Positions 9,082 through 16,297 of a stretch of 64,000 nucleotides of DNA are shown here, in pieces; position 1 is the first letter of the stretch, and each line of letters begins with the position of its first letter. The position numbers and the translations under genes were made by a program. The stretch lies in IMG/VR virus record IMGVR_UViG_3300044701_001468, one strand, 5' to 3'. The notes beneath the pieces are model-generated. The model was not told where the DNA came from. It made no database searches and was given only the letters and a program-made list of their open reading frames with translations. This DNA comes from a virus.

Positions 9082-9254
9082 TTGATCTCCGTTTCGTTTG
9101 GTATGCTTTAGTATTGCACCGATCGGGGGGCATCGCAAGGGGGTCTGTGCCACCTGTGCTAGTGTCCACTGCCCCCTAGACAGACGCCCCCTAGGCGACT
9201 AACCTAGAGGGCGGGAGGGGAGGGAAGGGGGCAGCGAAGCGGCCGCCCAGTTTG

Positions 9255-9428
9255 TTATACTTCCAGTAGTTCAGGATAGTATTGCTGAACCTCTTCATTC
9301 AGTTCTTCATCGTTATACTTATCGTATCCCTCCATGAGATAATCGTAGCAGAGACACATCATAGTTTTGAGATCCATGTCATCCAACATTTGCTGGACAA
9401 GTTGATCCTGAAGTTCTTTGCGATCCAT
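9255..9428 (-). CDS. Small acidic hypothetical protein (57 aa)
   Basis: Read manually: MDRKELQDQLVQQMLDDMDLKTMMCLCYDYLMEGYDKYNDEELNEEVQQYYPELLEV; start overlaps the upstream stop. Confidence 0.7.
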   Translation of the reverse strand: MDRKELQDQLVQQMLDDMDLKTMMCLCYDYLMEGYDKYNDEELNEEVQQYYPELLEV

Positions 9429-9553
9429 CATTTGTTCAGGGGAGAATTGTAGAAAGATTTGAACACCGAAATCACAATGATAGCGGTGGAGATGACACCA
9501 ACGAACCCGAGGTAAGTTACAGCGTCACCAGTGAAATTGTAAGATTCAGGCAT
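9428..9553 (-). CDS. Small single-TM protein (41 aa)
   Basis: Read manually: MPESYNFTGDAVTYLGFVGVISTAIIVISVFKSFYNSPLNK, behind the promoter at 9574. Confidence 0.65.
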   Translation of the reverse strand: MPESYNFTGDAVTYLGFVGVISTAIIVISVFKSFYNSPLNK

Positions 9554-9651
9554 CGGATTTGTTTGACTCTGTTAGTATTGCATCAAATGTGGGCAGATGG
9601 TGATACCCTGTGCCACTTGTTGAACTGGCACAGGGTCACTTGACAATGATA

Positions 9652-9789
9652 TCAGAACTCGATAGTCTCAAGGGTAGGAGAATTCTGATACTCATCTGCC
9701 GAATCTTCGGTCAGAGTATCAAGAACTGCCATCAGTTCGTTACCATCAGCGGCACGATTGAGCAGGGAAAGCATTACTTCTTTGGTCAT
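9652..9789 (-). CDS. Small acidic hypothetical protein (45 aa)
   Basis: Read manually: MTKEVMLSLLNRAADGNELMAVLDTLTEDSADEYQNSPTLETIEF. Confidence 0.6.
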   Translation of the reverse strand: MTKEVMLSLLNRAADGNELMAVLDTLTEDSADEYQNSPTLETIEF

Positions 9790-9831
9790 GATGTTGTTGG
9801 GGGTAAGGTATACTATAGAGATTGAATATGA

Positions 9832-9960
9832 TTAGACATCATATTCAATTGTCATCGTATCTTCGATGATATAATCATCGATGATATAACCATCTTCATC
9901 TAGAAAGATATCAGCCACCTCTTGTTCTACAATTTCTTGATACATTTCAGAAATGGTCAT
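9832..9960 (-). CDS. Very acidic mini-protein (42 aa)
   Basis: Read manually: MTISEMYQEIVEQEVADIFLDEDGYIIDDYIIEDTMTIEYDV; GGAG RBS. Confidence 0.6.
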   Translation of the reverse strand: MTISEMYQEIVEQEVADIFLDEDGYIIDDYIIEDTMTIEYDV

Positions 9961-9984
9961 TAGTTAACTCCTTGAGGATTAATT

Positions 9985-10012
9985 AAATTTATAACTTTAA
10001 AGTTATAAATTT
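9985..10012. repeat. Perfect 28-bp AT-rich palindrome
   Basis: aaatttataacttt|aaagttataaattt. Confidence 0.95.
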
Positions 10013-10030
10013 TAAATTTCTTAAAATTCA

Positions 10031-10117
10031 AAGATTCTGAGGTTTCTGAGAATTTTAAGTTTTCAAGGTTTCTGAGAATTCAAAGTTTGTTAAAATTCTC
10101 AGAAACCTCAGAATCTT
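10031..10117. repeat. Perfect 28-bp inverted repeat with a 31-nt spacer
   Basis: aagattctgaggtttctgagaattttaa (10031-10058) and its exact reverse complement (10090-10117). Confidence 0.95.
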
Positions 10118-10431
10118 CAGTTCAGGCGCATTCCAGAAAAGAAAGGAATTGCACCGCCTTCCTGACTCACAAACCACTCAAATTTCTTCTGAAACACACG
10201 CTCACCAGGGATACCATGCTCACAGAGAATAGCATTCAGGCGAGACTTGGTGGTGTTAGATTGCCAACCACCATCAAAAAGAGTAACAAAGCACTCGCCA
10301 ATCTCAGCGATTTTGTTACCATGCAGGAAGACTTCGCTCACACCATCATTGGTGACAACTTTGGTGTTATCTTTCTGCCAATCTTTGCCGTTGGTGATAG
10401 CGGCGTTCATTTGGCGTTCGATGAGGCGCAT
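10117..10431 (-). CDS. Conserved-type early hypothetical protein
   Basis: MRLIERQMNAAI...VFLHGNKIAEIGE...TTKSRLNAIL; TTGACT-17-CATACT promoter at about 10455-10483. Confidence 0.75.
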   Translation of the reverse strand: MRLIERQMNAAITNGKDWQKDNTKVVTNDGVSEVFLHGNKIAEIGECFVTLFDGGWQSNTTKSRLNAILCEHGIPGERVFQKKFEWFVSQEGGAIPFFSGMRLN

Positions 10432-10539
10432 GGGTCGTTTGCTGTTGACTTGGTTAGTATGGAGCCGATCAGGGCAAAAGTCAACCCCCCTAACCATCAC
10501 CTTTGCTTATGGGTTCGATCAGGGGGGCTTATCGTTGAG

Positions 10540-10603
10540 TTTTCCACAGGGTTGTGGAAAACTATTGAAAGTTTTCCACAGGTTTTAGTATATCTGTGGA
10601 AAA
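10540..10603. promoter_or_regulatory. Four alternating DnaA-box-like 9-mers (TTTTCCACA)
   Basis: Exact copies at 10540 (+), 10553 (-), 10572 (+) and 10595 (-) in an intergenic gap. Confidence 0.7.
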
Positions 10604-10611
10604 CTATTTAC

Positions 10612-10776
10612 TTACCATTCAATATTATCTCCATCAAACTTAATTCTTTTCTGCTTCTTAGGAGTGCGTCCGAGATTCTTAATCTTAACGCCATACGTAT
10701 TCTCTACTACTTGTTCATCAAACTCGTCGAAATCTTGATAGAAATCGTTTTTGTTGGAGTTCTTACTACGTGCCAT
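10612..10776 (-). CDS. Small hypothetical protein (54 aa)
   Basis: Read manually: MARSKNSNKNDFYQDFDEFDEQVVENTYGVKIKNLGRTPKKQKRIKFDGDNIEW. Confidence 0.65.
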   Translation of the reverse strand: MARSKNSNKNDFYQDFDEFDEQVVENTYGVKIKNLGRTPKKQKRIKFDGDNIEW

Positions 10777-10873
10777 TTGTTTGTTCTAAGGTGTCTACAA
10801 TCGTCTGTAAGGGATATTGACAACCAAATTGGTGCAATCACCCCTTGACAAACATATTTATTGTGTGCTAGGG

Positions 10874-11119
10874 TCAGTCAACCAGCAGTTTCAGAGTGCC
10901 TTCGTTGACACTCTGGTTGATGAATCGACCCACCGAGATATCCTCAGAGTCGAATTCAGCAAGCAACTGACTATCAAATCCGACAGCATCTTCAGTGCTG
11001 TAAGTATAAGATTTGTCGGAATTGCTATTATACTGAATAGAAACCGTGTTCTTTTCAGTATCAATAACAATGTTTTTGATAGCAGAACTAGGAACTTCTT
11101 GGTAGTTTTTAACAGACAT
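10874..11119 (-). CDS. KTSC-domain-like protein
   Basis: SSAIKNI.ID....VSIQY.....YTY...........S.GRFIN matches the KTSC pattern. Confidence 0.55.
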   Translation of the reverse strand: MSVKNYQEVPSSAIKNIVIDTEKNTVSIQYNSNSDKSYTYSTEDAVGFDSQLLAEFDSEDISVGRFINQSVNEGTLKLLVD

Positions 11120-11180
11120 TCGATTGATTTGATCGATTACTTAGTAATAATACTATGGTCTTCTGAGTTTGTCAAGGGTT

Positions 11181-11390
11181 TTTTGATTAGTTTAACTTAT
11201 ATAACAATAGTATTATATTATAATATGTTATTATAATTATAATGTTTCTCAAAATTCTCAGAAATCTCAAAAACTTAAAAAACTTAAATATTAAGATTTC
11301 TAAAAAACTCGAAAACCCTTGGAAATACAGAATTCTCGGTTTTGACGCTTTTGAGATTTCCGAGATTTTTGAAATTTCTGAGATTTTTGG
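11181..11390. repeat. AT-rich tract plus imperfect inverted repeat built from 9-nt units
   Basis: 11181-11243 has 6 G/C in 63 nt. Arms 11249-11272 and 11349-11372 match at 22/24. Four tandem GAGATTTYY-like units at 11353-11388. Confidence 0.85.
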
Positions 11391-11564
11391 GTTTCCACAC
11401 AAAGCTTGACAACTCGTTAGGTCGCGTGCTAAGACTACAACAACTCAGAGCATTTCGTAGCATATACGAAGGTTTCTGAGTTCATTATACTATTTCTACA
11501 CACTATAACACTATCGTTATACATCACCAAACTATATTTAATTAAACCTTTCTTAATCTAATAG

Positions 11565-11585
11565 TTTTCCACAGGTTTTTCCACA
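11565..11585 (+). promoter_or_regulatory. Two tandem DnaA-box-like 9-mers
   Basis: TTTTCCACA at 11565-11573 and 11577-11585; one-mismatch copy at 11391-11399. Confidence 0.65.
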
Positions 11586-11612
11586 ACCTGACTATACCAG
11601 CACCTAGACAAC

Positions 11613-12314
11613 TCAATAAAACGTAGACTGTAACTTAAATGTTTCATTCCGCAACCTTTGTATATCACTCAGACTATACTCTTCATCTACTACTACATTA
11701 TACTCTAATGATCGTTTCATTGGTATGATTTGCATCATTGGTGTACCCACTGGTATAAGAGTAACACCATCAAGTACATGCCAAAAGAATTGTACATTAA
11801 GAGATGATGATTCTTGAGGATCAAGGATACCAGTTGTATGAGTAAACCTCACTTCATTATTATAGTGTACATGAGTAATAAGAAATACAATATCTTTAGG
11901 TGCTTGTACTCTCCATCCAAAATCAAATTTAAATATGGATGATAATGATGAGTGAGGTGTTGAGTGATATTGAGAAAATAATTCTGGTGGATGTAGGGAG
12001 AATTGTATAGGAGAATCTGTTGCTGCTATATTAACGATTGGCGACTGATGATTAGAGTCAGTGACGACACGAATATCTGTAGGTGTAGGTAATATCCATC
12101 CTGTATTCATCATTGAGCGAATACCAGGGCACTTAGCAATATTACCTATACGTTGAGTGAATGGGCATTTTTTAGTATGAAGATCTTTTGTCAGTTGTTT
12201 ATACTGCTGATGTGGTTGTTGTAACCAAGATCTTTGAATTGATTGTGCTGATACGATTGGATAGTTTGCTGCGACACCATCAATGATATTATAGAATCGA
12301 ATATTACGTTTCAT
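11613..12314 (-). CDS. Hypothetical protein, possibly DUF6065-like/cupin-type fold
   Basis: KCPGIRSMMNTGWILPTPTDI...GILD...INVQF.W...IPVGTPMMQIIP is a pattern seen in phage proteins; family call from memory. Confidence 0.45.
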   Translation of the reverse strand: MKRNIRFYNIIDGVAANYPIVSAQSIQRSWLQQPHQQYKQLTKDLHTKKCPFTQRIGNIAKCPGIRSMMNTGWILPTPTDIRVVTDSNHQSPIVNIAATDSPIQFSLHPPELFSQYHSTPHSSLSSIFKFDFGWRVQAPKDIVFLITHVHYNNEVRFTHTTGILDPQESSSLNVQFFWHVLDGVTLIPVGTPMMQIIPMKRSLEYNVVVDEEYSLSDIQRLRNETFKLQSTFY

Positions 12315-13185
12315 AATACTTATTGTATGTTTCTTTTAGAAGAGTTAGAGCATCATGATATGGTGTGATATCAGTATCATATTCATCACCAAAATTCCAT
12401 TCATTAAGTTGTTGAATAGCAGCAGTTGTTGCATTCATGAGAGTCAGTAAACCTTCACGATCTACAACAAGTGTTACCAGTGGTTCTTGATCAATTTTAC
12501 TTGAGATTTCCATGATAGGGTATGAAGAGAACGTTTTGTTTAGAATCTGAGTGTCTAGCAGCAAACCAATCAAAGAACTCTTCTTCTAGTGCTTGTGCAT
12601 TGATTCGATGTTTAGTTTTAAGTTGTGGTGTTTTACATGCACGAGAACGACTGAGTAGGTAATCGATACGAATACCCGCCCAATCGATGAGTTCATTGTA
12701 GTGTTGCTCTTTATTCATTGATAGTAAGAATCATTGAGAAATGATCATAAGATTGCATTGATTGATTTGCTGGTAGGAGTTCTTCAACAGATTTAACCCA
12801 TTCAGCAGGGAATTTATCACGCTTTCGTAGTAGTTTAACAAAATCATCATACTCTAGATCAGATTGATCAATAACAACTTTGTATTGAGTTTCGTTGAGA
12901 GGAGCAAGAGTAATCATGAGTCGTAAGGATTATTTGAATGTAAAGCATAGTTAAACACTAAAGCAATCAATGCTAGAGCAAACCATGCTGCAAAAAATGT
13001 CATCATTGTGGTAATGGTTTTAAACGGCGAGAGACACAATCTTGGAATTGTTGCCATTCTTTTTCTGTGAAGTTGTCGGAAGCATAAGGTATGCCAACAT
13101 AAGCAGCACAATAGCGAGCAACATTTTCTGGAACAGCATAAGGATCAGTGGCAGCAATCAGAGTAGACAGAGCAAGTTCAATCAT
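12304..13185 (-). other. Run of small overlapping hypothetical genes (12304-12573, 12497-12718, 12711-12917, 12914-~13003, 13003-13185)
   Basis: ORF track; start/stop overlaps typical of phage operons. Confidence 0.65.
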
Positions 13186-13308
13186 GATTTGTAAACTCTT
13201 TCATTAACTCATTTAGTCGTTGATTAGATCGATAGTTTTGAATGATGTCAACGACACAATAACCAAAGGCAAATCCTGCCATGATAGTAGTAATAATCAT
13301 AATAGTTT

Positions 13309-13731
13309 TTAGCGAGCGTAAAGATAAGAACCTGCCCAATCGGCATTAGCAAACAGATATTCGCGGTCAGAGATCAAACGAAGATCATAACGTACACCTT
13401 TGGCAGGTGCTTTAAGGCTAGCGGGTTTGTACACTTCACCAGTCTTTTTATCAATGAAAGCATGAATACTATCACGCTTACCATCGATACACATAAAGAT
13501 CTTGTGATACTTACGACCAGAAGAATTCAGTTCGTAACCATAACCATCAGGTGCAACGTGAGTGAGAGCATCACACAACATCATACCATACTTAACAACA
13601 TTCAGATACAGAGTGTTGCGAGCATCTTGCTCTGCTTGGAAGTCAGCGAAGGTGGCAGTCATTTGTTCTGTGCTGTTGTATGTATGATACCAAGGATGCC
13701 AGGACATGTCAAGGTATGGGGGCATTAGCAA
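13309..13731 (-). CDS. Conserved phage hypothetical protein (true start probably MTATFAD)
   Basis: GRKYHKI...SIHAFIDKKTGEVYKPAS.KAPAKGVRYDL motif, widespread in phages. Confidence 0.7.
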   Translation of the reverse strand: MLMPPYLDMSWHPWYHTYNSTEQMTATFADFQAEQDARNTLYLNVVKYGMMLCDALTHVAPDGYGYELNSSGRKYHKIFMCIDGKRDSIHAFIDKKTGEVYKPASLKAPAKGVRYDLRLISDREYLFANADWAGSYLYAR

Positions 13732-13930
13732 TCCTTATCGAACCATCGAGATTAAATACAGATCCACAATCAGGGCAATTCCACGAGTGAATTCTATCAG
13801 TTTCCCAGCTTGACACAGCGATTACAGTAGAGTAAAAGTATGGCGGGGAATGATTTTCATGATACTCAGGAGGAATTGGAAGTGTATGCCACAACGAATT
13901 ACATACTGGACAATGAGAAATCTTATCCAT
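13709..13930 (-). CDS. Zn-ribbon-like small protein
   Basis: CPVC...CPDC Cys pairs. Confidence 0.6.
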   Translation of the reverse strand: MDKISHCPVCNSLWHTLPIPPEYHENHSPPYFYSTVIAVSSWETDRIHSWNCPDCGSVFNLDGSIRIANAPIP

Positions 13931-14230
13931 TAAGTAAACTCCGCAATATAATAATCAACAGTCACCTCATTCTCCGCAGCAAGACGCTCAAGATCTTCTA
14001 CATAATAGTCAATCAATTCCTTCTCACGATATTCTTCAATATTGAGAAGAATTTCAGACATGTCTTGTTCTTCAGTCATTTCGCGTAAATGCAATTAGGA
14101 TTGTGAGGTTGCTGAGCACATGCTTTATCATATGCTTTCATCAATTCTTGATCACGTTTGATCAACATGCCATTCCACATCAGAACAGCAATCACACCAA
14201 GAAAAATGTAAGTGATGTTTTTGGATTTCA

Positions 14231-14753
14231 TCAGCAAGCACCGTAGAAAGGATTACCGAGTTGGGGAAGATTAGAATTGTCGCGGGTCTGAACATAACCA
14301 TATGCTTGACGCTCACGAATATCAAGCATCATCTCCACACGATTCAGAAACTTTTTAGATACTTGACCATGAGGAGCAAAGGTAACAGCACGAAGAAACC
14401 ACTGCTGCGAAATATCACCATAAGGAGTTTTGACAGGGTAGAAGTCAACAATCATGTTGCCATCCTTGCTAGTCAGTTGGGGCGTTTGCAGAGTCTGCAT
14501 CGGTCTGTCTCGATTACCTTAGTAGTATAAGGGATCAGGGGTCCAGTGTCAAGCGTCCCTTTGATTTGCTTTTCTTATGGGTCGCTGGGGTGGTCGATTT
14601 GGATTGCTTTTCTTTTGTGATTTTTTGCTGTTTTCTAATGTACTCTACTGCCTTGTCAGCGGTCGCAACATCTGCAATCTGCTGCCCATTGTAAAGTATA
14701 ACGTATCTAGTGCCATGCCACGGCACTGCTGCATATCCATCTTTAGTAATCAT
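14231..14753 (-). other. Two small hypothetical genes (14231-14500, 14535-14753) with a consensus sigma70 promoter between them
   Basis: TTGACA (14547-14552) - 17 - TATACT (14524-14529) on the minus strand. Confidence 0.7.
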
Positions 14754-15655
14754 CGCTTAACAATTAAAATTTCATGTGATTCTTTTGCTACATCCTGTGC
14801 TGGTGTTAGAATGCCACGATCCATTTTATTCTTACCAATTCTCTTCTCTCCTAGAGCATATGAGTAATGCCACTCTGGATAGTACAATTCAAAGTCTTTG
14901 TAATACTCTCGAATCGTTTCGCAGTTATTGTAAGATAGAATGAATGTACCTTTGTGATTGTGCAACAGATCACGCAGCTTTTCGTGATCAAATCCAGTGT
15001 GATGTACGTCGATGTTGCAGTTAGGATACATGCCTTTCAGCATTTTATTGTCGCTGTCCTTCTCTAGGTAGTAGGGCGGGTCCAGGTAAATGAAATCACG
15101 AGAAAATTCAGGAATGACATCCACGAAGTTACCTTGTGCCACTGATAATAGTGGATTGCGATAACTACGAATGTTGTCTACCATTTTATGCCACTTCTTC
15201 TCGTCCTGATAGATCTTACTGATCCATCCCAAATACATTGGACCATAGGACAAATTATGATTGAAATAGTAGTATGCTGCAGCAGTCACTGCTGACAACT
15301 GAATTGGATCACGCTTATAATAGTCTGTGCGCCAATCCTTGAGCAACTCCTGTGTATTCTCCCACTGAATCAAAATCTCTTTGATCTCAGCATACCTTTC
15401 CTTGGTAGGAGTCAGTGTCATCATCTCATCTGCTAATTCTTGTGGAGAATTCAGTAGTACATTCCAGAAGTTGACTAGAACATCGAAAATATCGAATCCC
15501 AGAACGGGCACACCATACTCTGATGCCCAACGCGACTCAAGACTGCCACCACCAACAAATGGTGAAATAATACGCTCAGGTTTGGTCTCGATGTAACCCG
15601 TAATGATATTATACGCTTTAGATTTACCACCAGCGTAGCGAATAGGTGTCTTCAT
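14750..15655 (-). CDS. dam: D12-class N6-adenine DNA methyltransferase (Dam-like)
   Basis: Start re-assigned to MKTPIRYAGGKSKA; SPFVGGGS (SAM binding) and FIYLDPPY (catalytic motif IV); 301 aa. Confidence 0.9.
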   Translation of the reverse strand: MKTPIRYAGGKSKAYNIITGYIETKPERIISPFVGGGSLESRWASEYGVPVLGFDIFDVLVNFWNVLLNSPQELADEMMTLTPTKERYAEIKEILIQWENTQELLKDWRTDYYKRDPIQLSAVTAAAYYYFNHNLSYGPMYLGWISKIYQDEKKWHKMVDNIRSYRNPLLSVAQGNFVDVIPEFSRDFIYLDPPYYLEKDSDNKMLKGMYPNCNIDVHHTGFDHEKLRDLLHNHKGTFILSYNNCETIREYYKDFELYYPEWHYSYALGEKRIGKNKMDRGILTPAQDVAKESHEILIVKR

Positions 15656-15659
15656 AGAT

Positions 15660-16232
15660 TCAACTGCTCTTAGATGTACGATCAATCTTGTATTGACCAA
15701 ATGCTTCGTGAATGTTGCTGGGAAGCGAAACGCCAGTCTCCTGATAGTTCCACTTGGGATAGCAATCTTCAATGATATTATACTGCGAAAGGCAATTTTC
15801 TTCAATACCCTTTGCGCTCACAGGAACAACCACTTGATTAGACTTGAACAACCCAGGCACCTCAACTACAATGGGTTCCATGTAAATCATATACACTTCG
15901 ACTTTATTACCTTTGTCGAGTTCTTCACGCATGAACCAGTTAATAGCAAATCGATTGATACCAGGGTCATCTTGACCAGCATTCAAATAAAAATTCATGC
16001 AACCTTGAATGCCACTCTTAGTGGAAGACTGACCAATTTTATATATCTCCTCGTTGACACACAGAATATACACCAGCGAAACGTGTTTTGTCTTCAGTTT
16101 CTTGGGGAAATTACTATCGTAATTCAGTGTCAGTTTAGTTTTGTGAAATACATGTTTAGGACCAGAATAAATTTCGGTTCCGTGTACAATTTCTCCTACT
16201 CGAATTGCAGTGGGAACATCAATAATTTTCAT
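15660..16232 (-). CDS. GIY-YIG-family nuclease, possible restriction endonuclease
   Basis: LVYILCVNEEIYKIGQS (GIY-YIG strands), followed by E...P.WN motifs; ends 4 nt before the MTase start. Confidence 0.6.
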   Translation of the reverse strand: MKIIDVPTAIRVGEIVHGTEIYSGPKHVFHKTKLTLNYDSNFPKKLKTKHVSLVYILCVNEEIYKIGQSSTKSGIQGCMNFYLNAGQDDPGINRFAINWFMREELDKGNKVEVYMIYMEPIVVEVPGLFKSNQVVVPVSAKGIEENCLSQYNIIEDCYPKWNYQETGVSLPSNIHEAFGQYKIDRTSKSS

Positions 16233-16255
16233 GGTTGGTTGGTTGGTATCTTGGT

Positions 16256-16284
16256 ATTATAAGGGAATGGGGGGCGCTTGTCAA
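16256..16284 (-). promoter_or_regulatory. Perfect-consensus sigma70 promoter
   Basis: TTGACA (16279-16284) - 17 nt - TATAAT (16256-16261). Confidence 0.9.
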
Positions 16285-16297
16285 CCCCCCTTGACAC

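Larger units (their letters stand above)
6995..9632 (-). promoter_or_regulatory. Array of early sigma70-type promoter cassettes with a shared leader and upstream palindromic box
   Basis: -10 boxes TAGACT/CATACT/AATACT at about 7001, 7194, 7547, 7762, 8035, 8545, 8793, 9110 and 9574. The 20-mer gtttggttgactctgttagt is identical at 7530, 8018 and 8528. TGTGCC starts 29-30 nt from the -10 in seven of them. Confidence 0.85.

Noticed and set aside
7582-9111. 509-aa plus-strand ORF
   Set aside because: Antisense shadow of GC-rich early genes. It crosses promoter repeats (LVDSVS recurs at each repeat) and shows no domain signature.
6440-9130. HIP1 (GCGATCGC) enrichment as a host-like signature
   Set aside because: Only partial CGATCG matches were seen; no full octamer was noticed.
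6995-9632. Possible CRISPR array (repeats with variable spacers)
   Set aside because: Spacers are 200-1000 bp and are protein-coding genes, the repeats contain -10 boxes, and there are no cas genes.
10087-10848. 253-aa plus-strand ORF
   Set aside because: Antisense to two real minus-strand genes, and runs through the repeat and box DNA.
11187-11402. 71-aa ORF with KISEIS repeats
   Set aside because: Translation of the 9-nt DNA repeat and AT tract.
15656-15805. 50-aa N-terminal extension of the MTase in the ORF track
   Set aside because: Overlaps the GIY-YIG gene; the family N-terminus starts at MKTPIRYAGGKS (15655).
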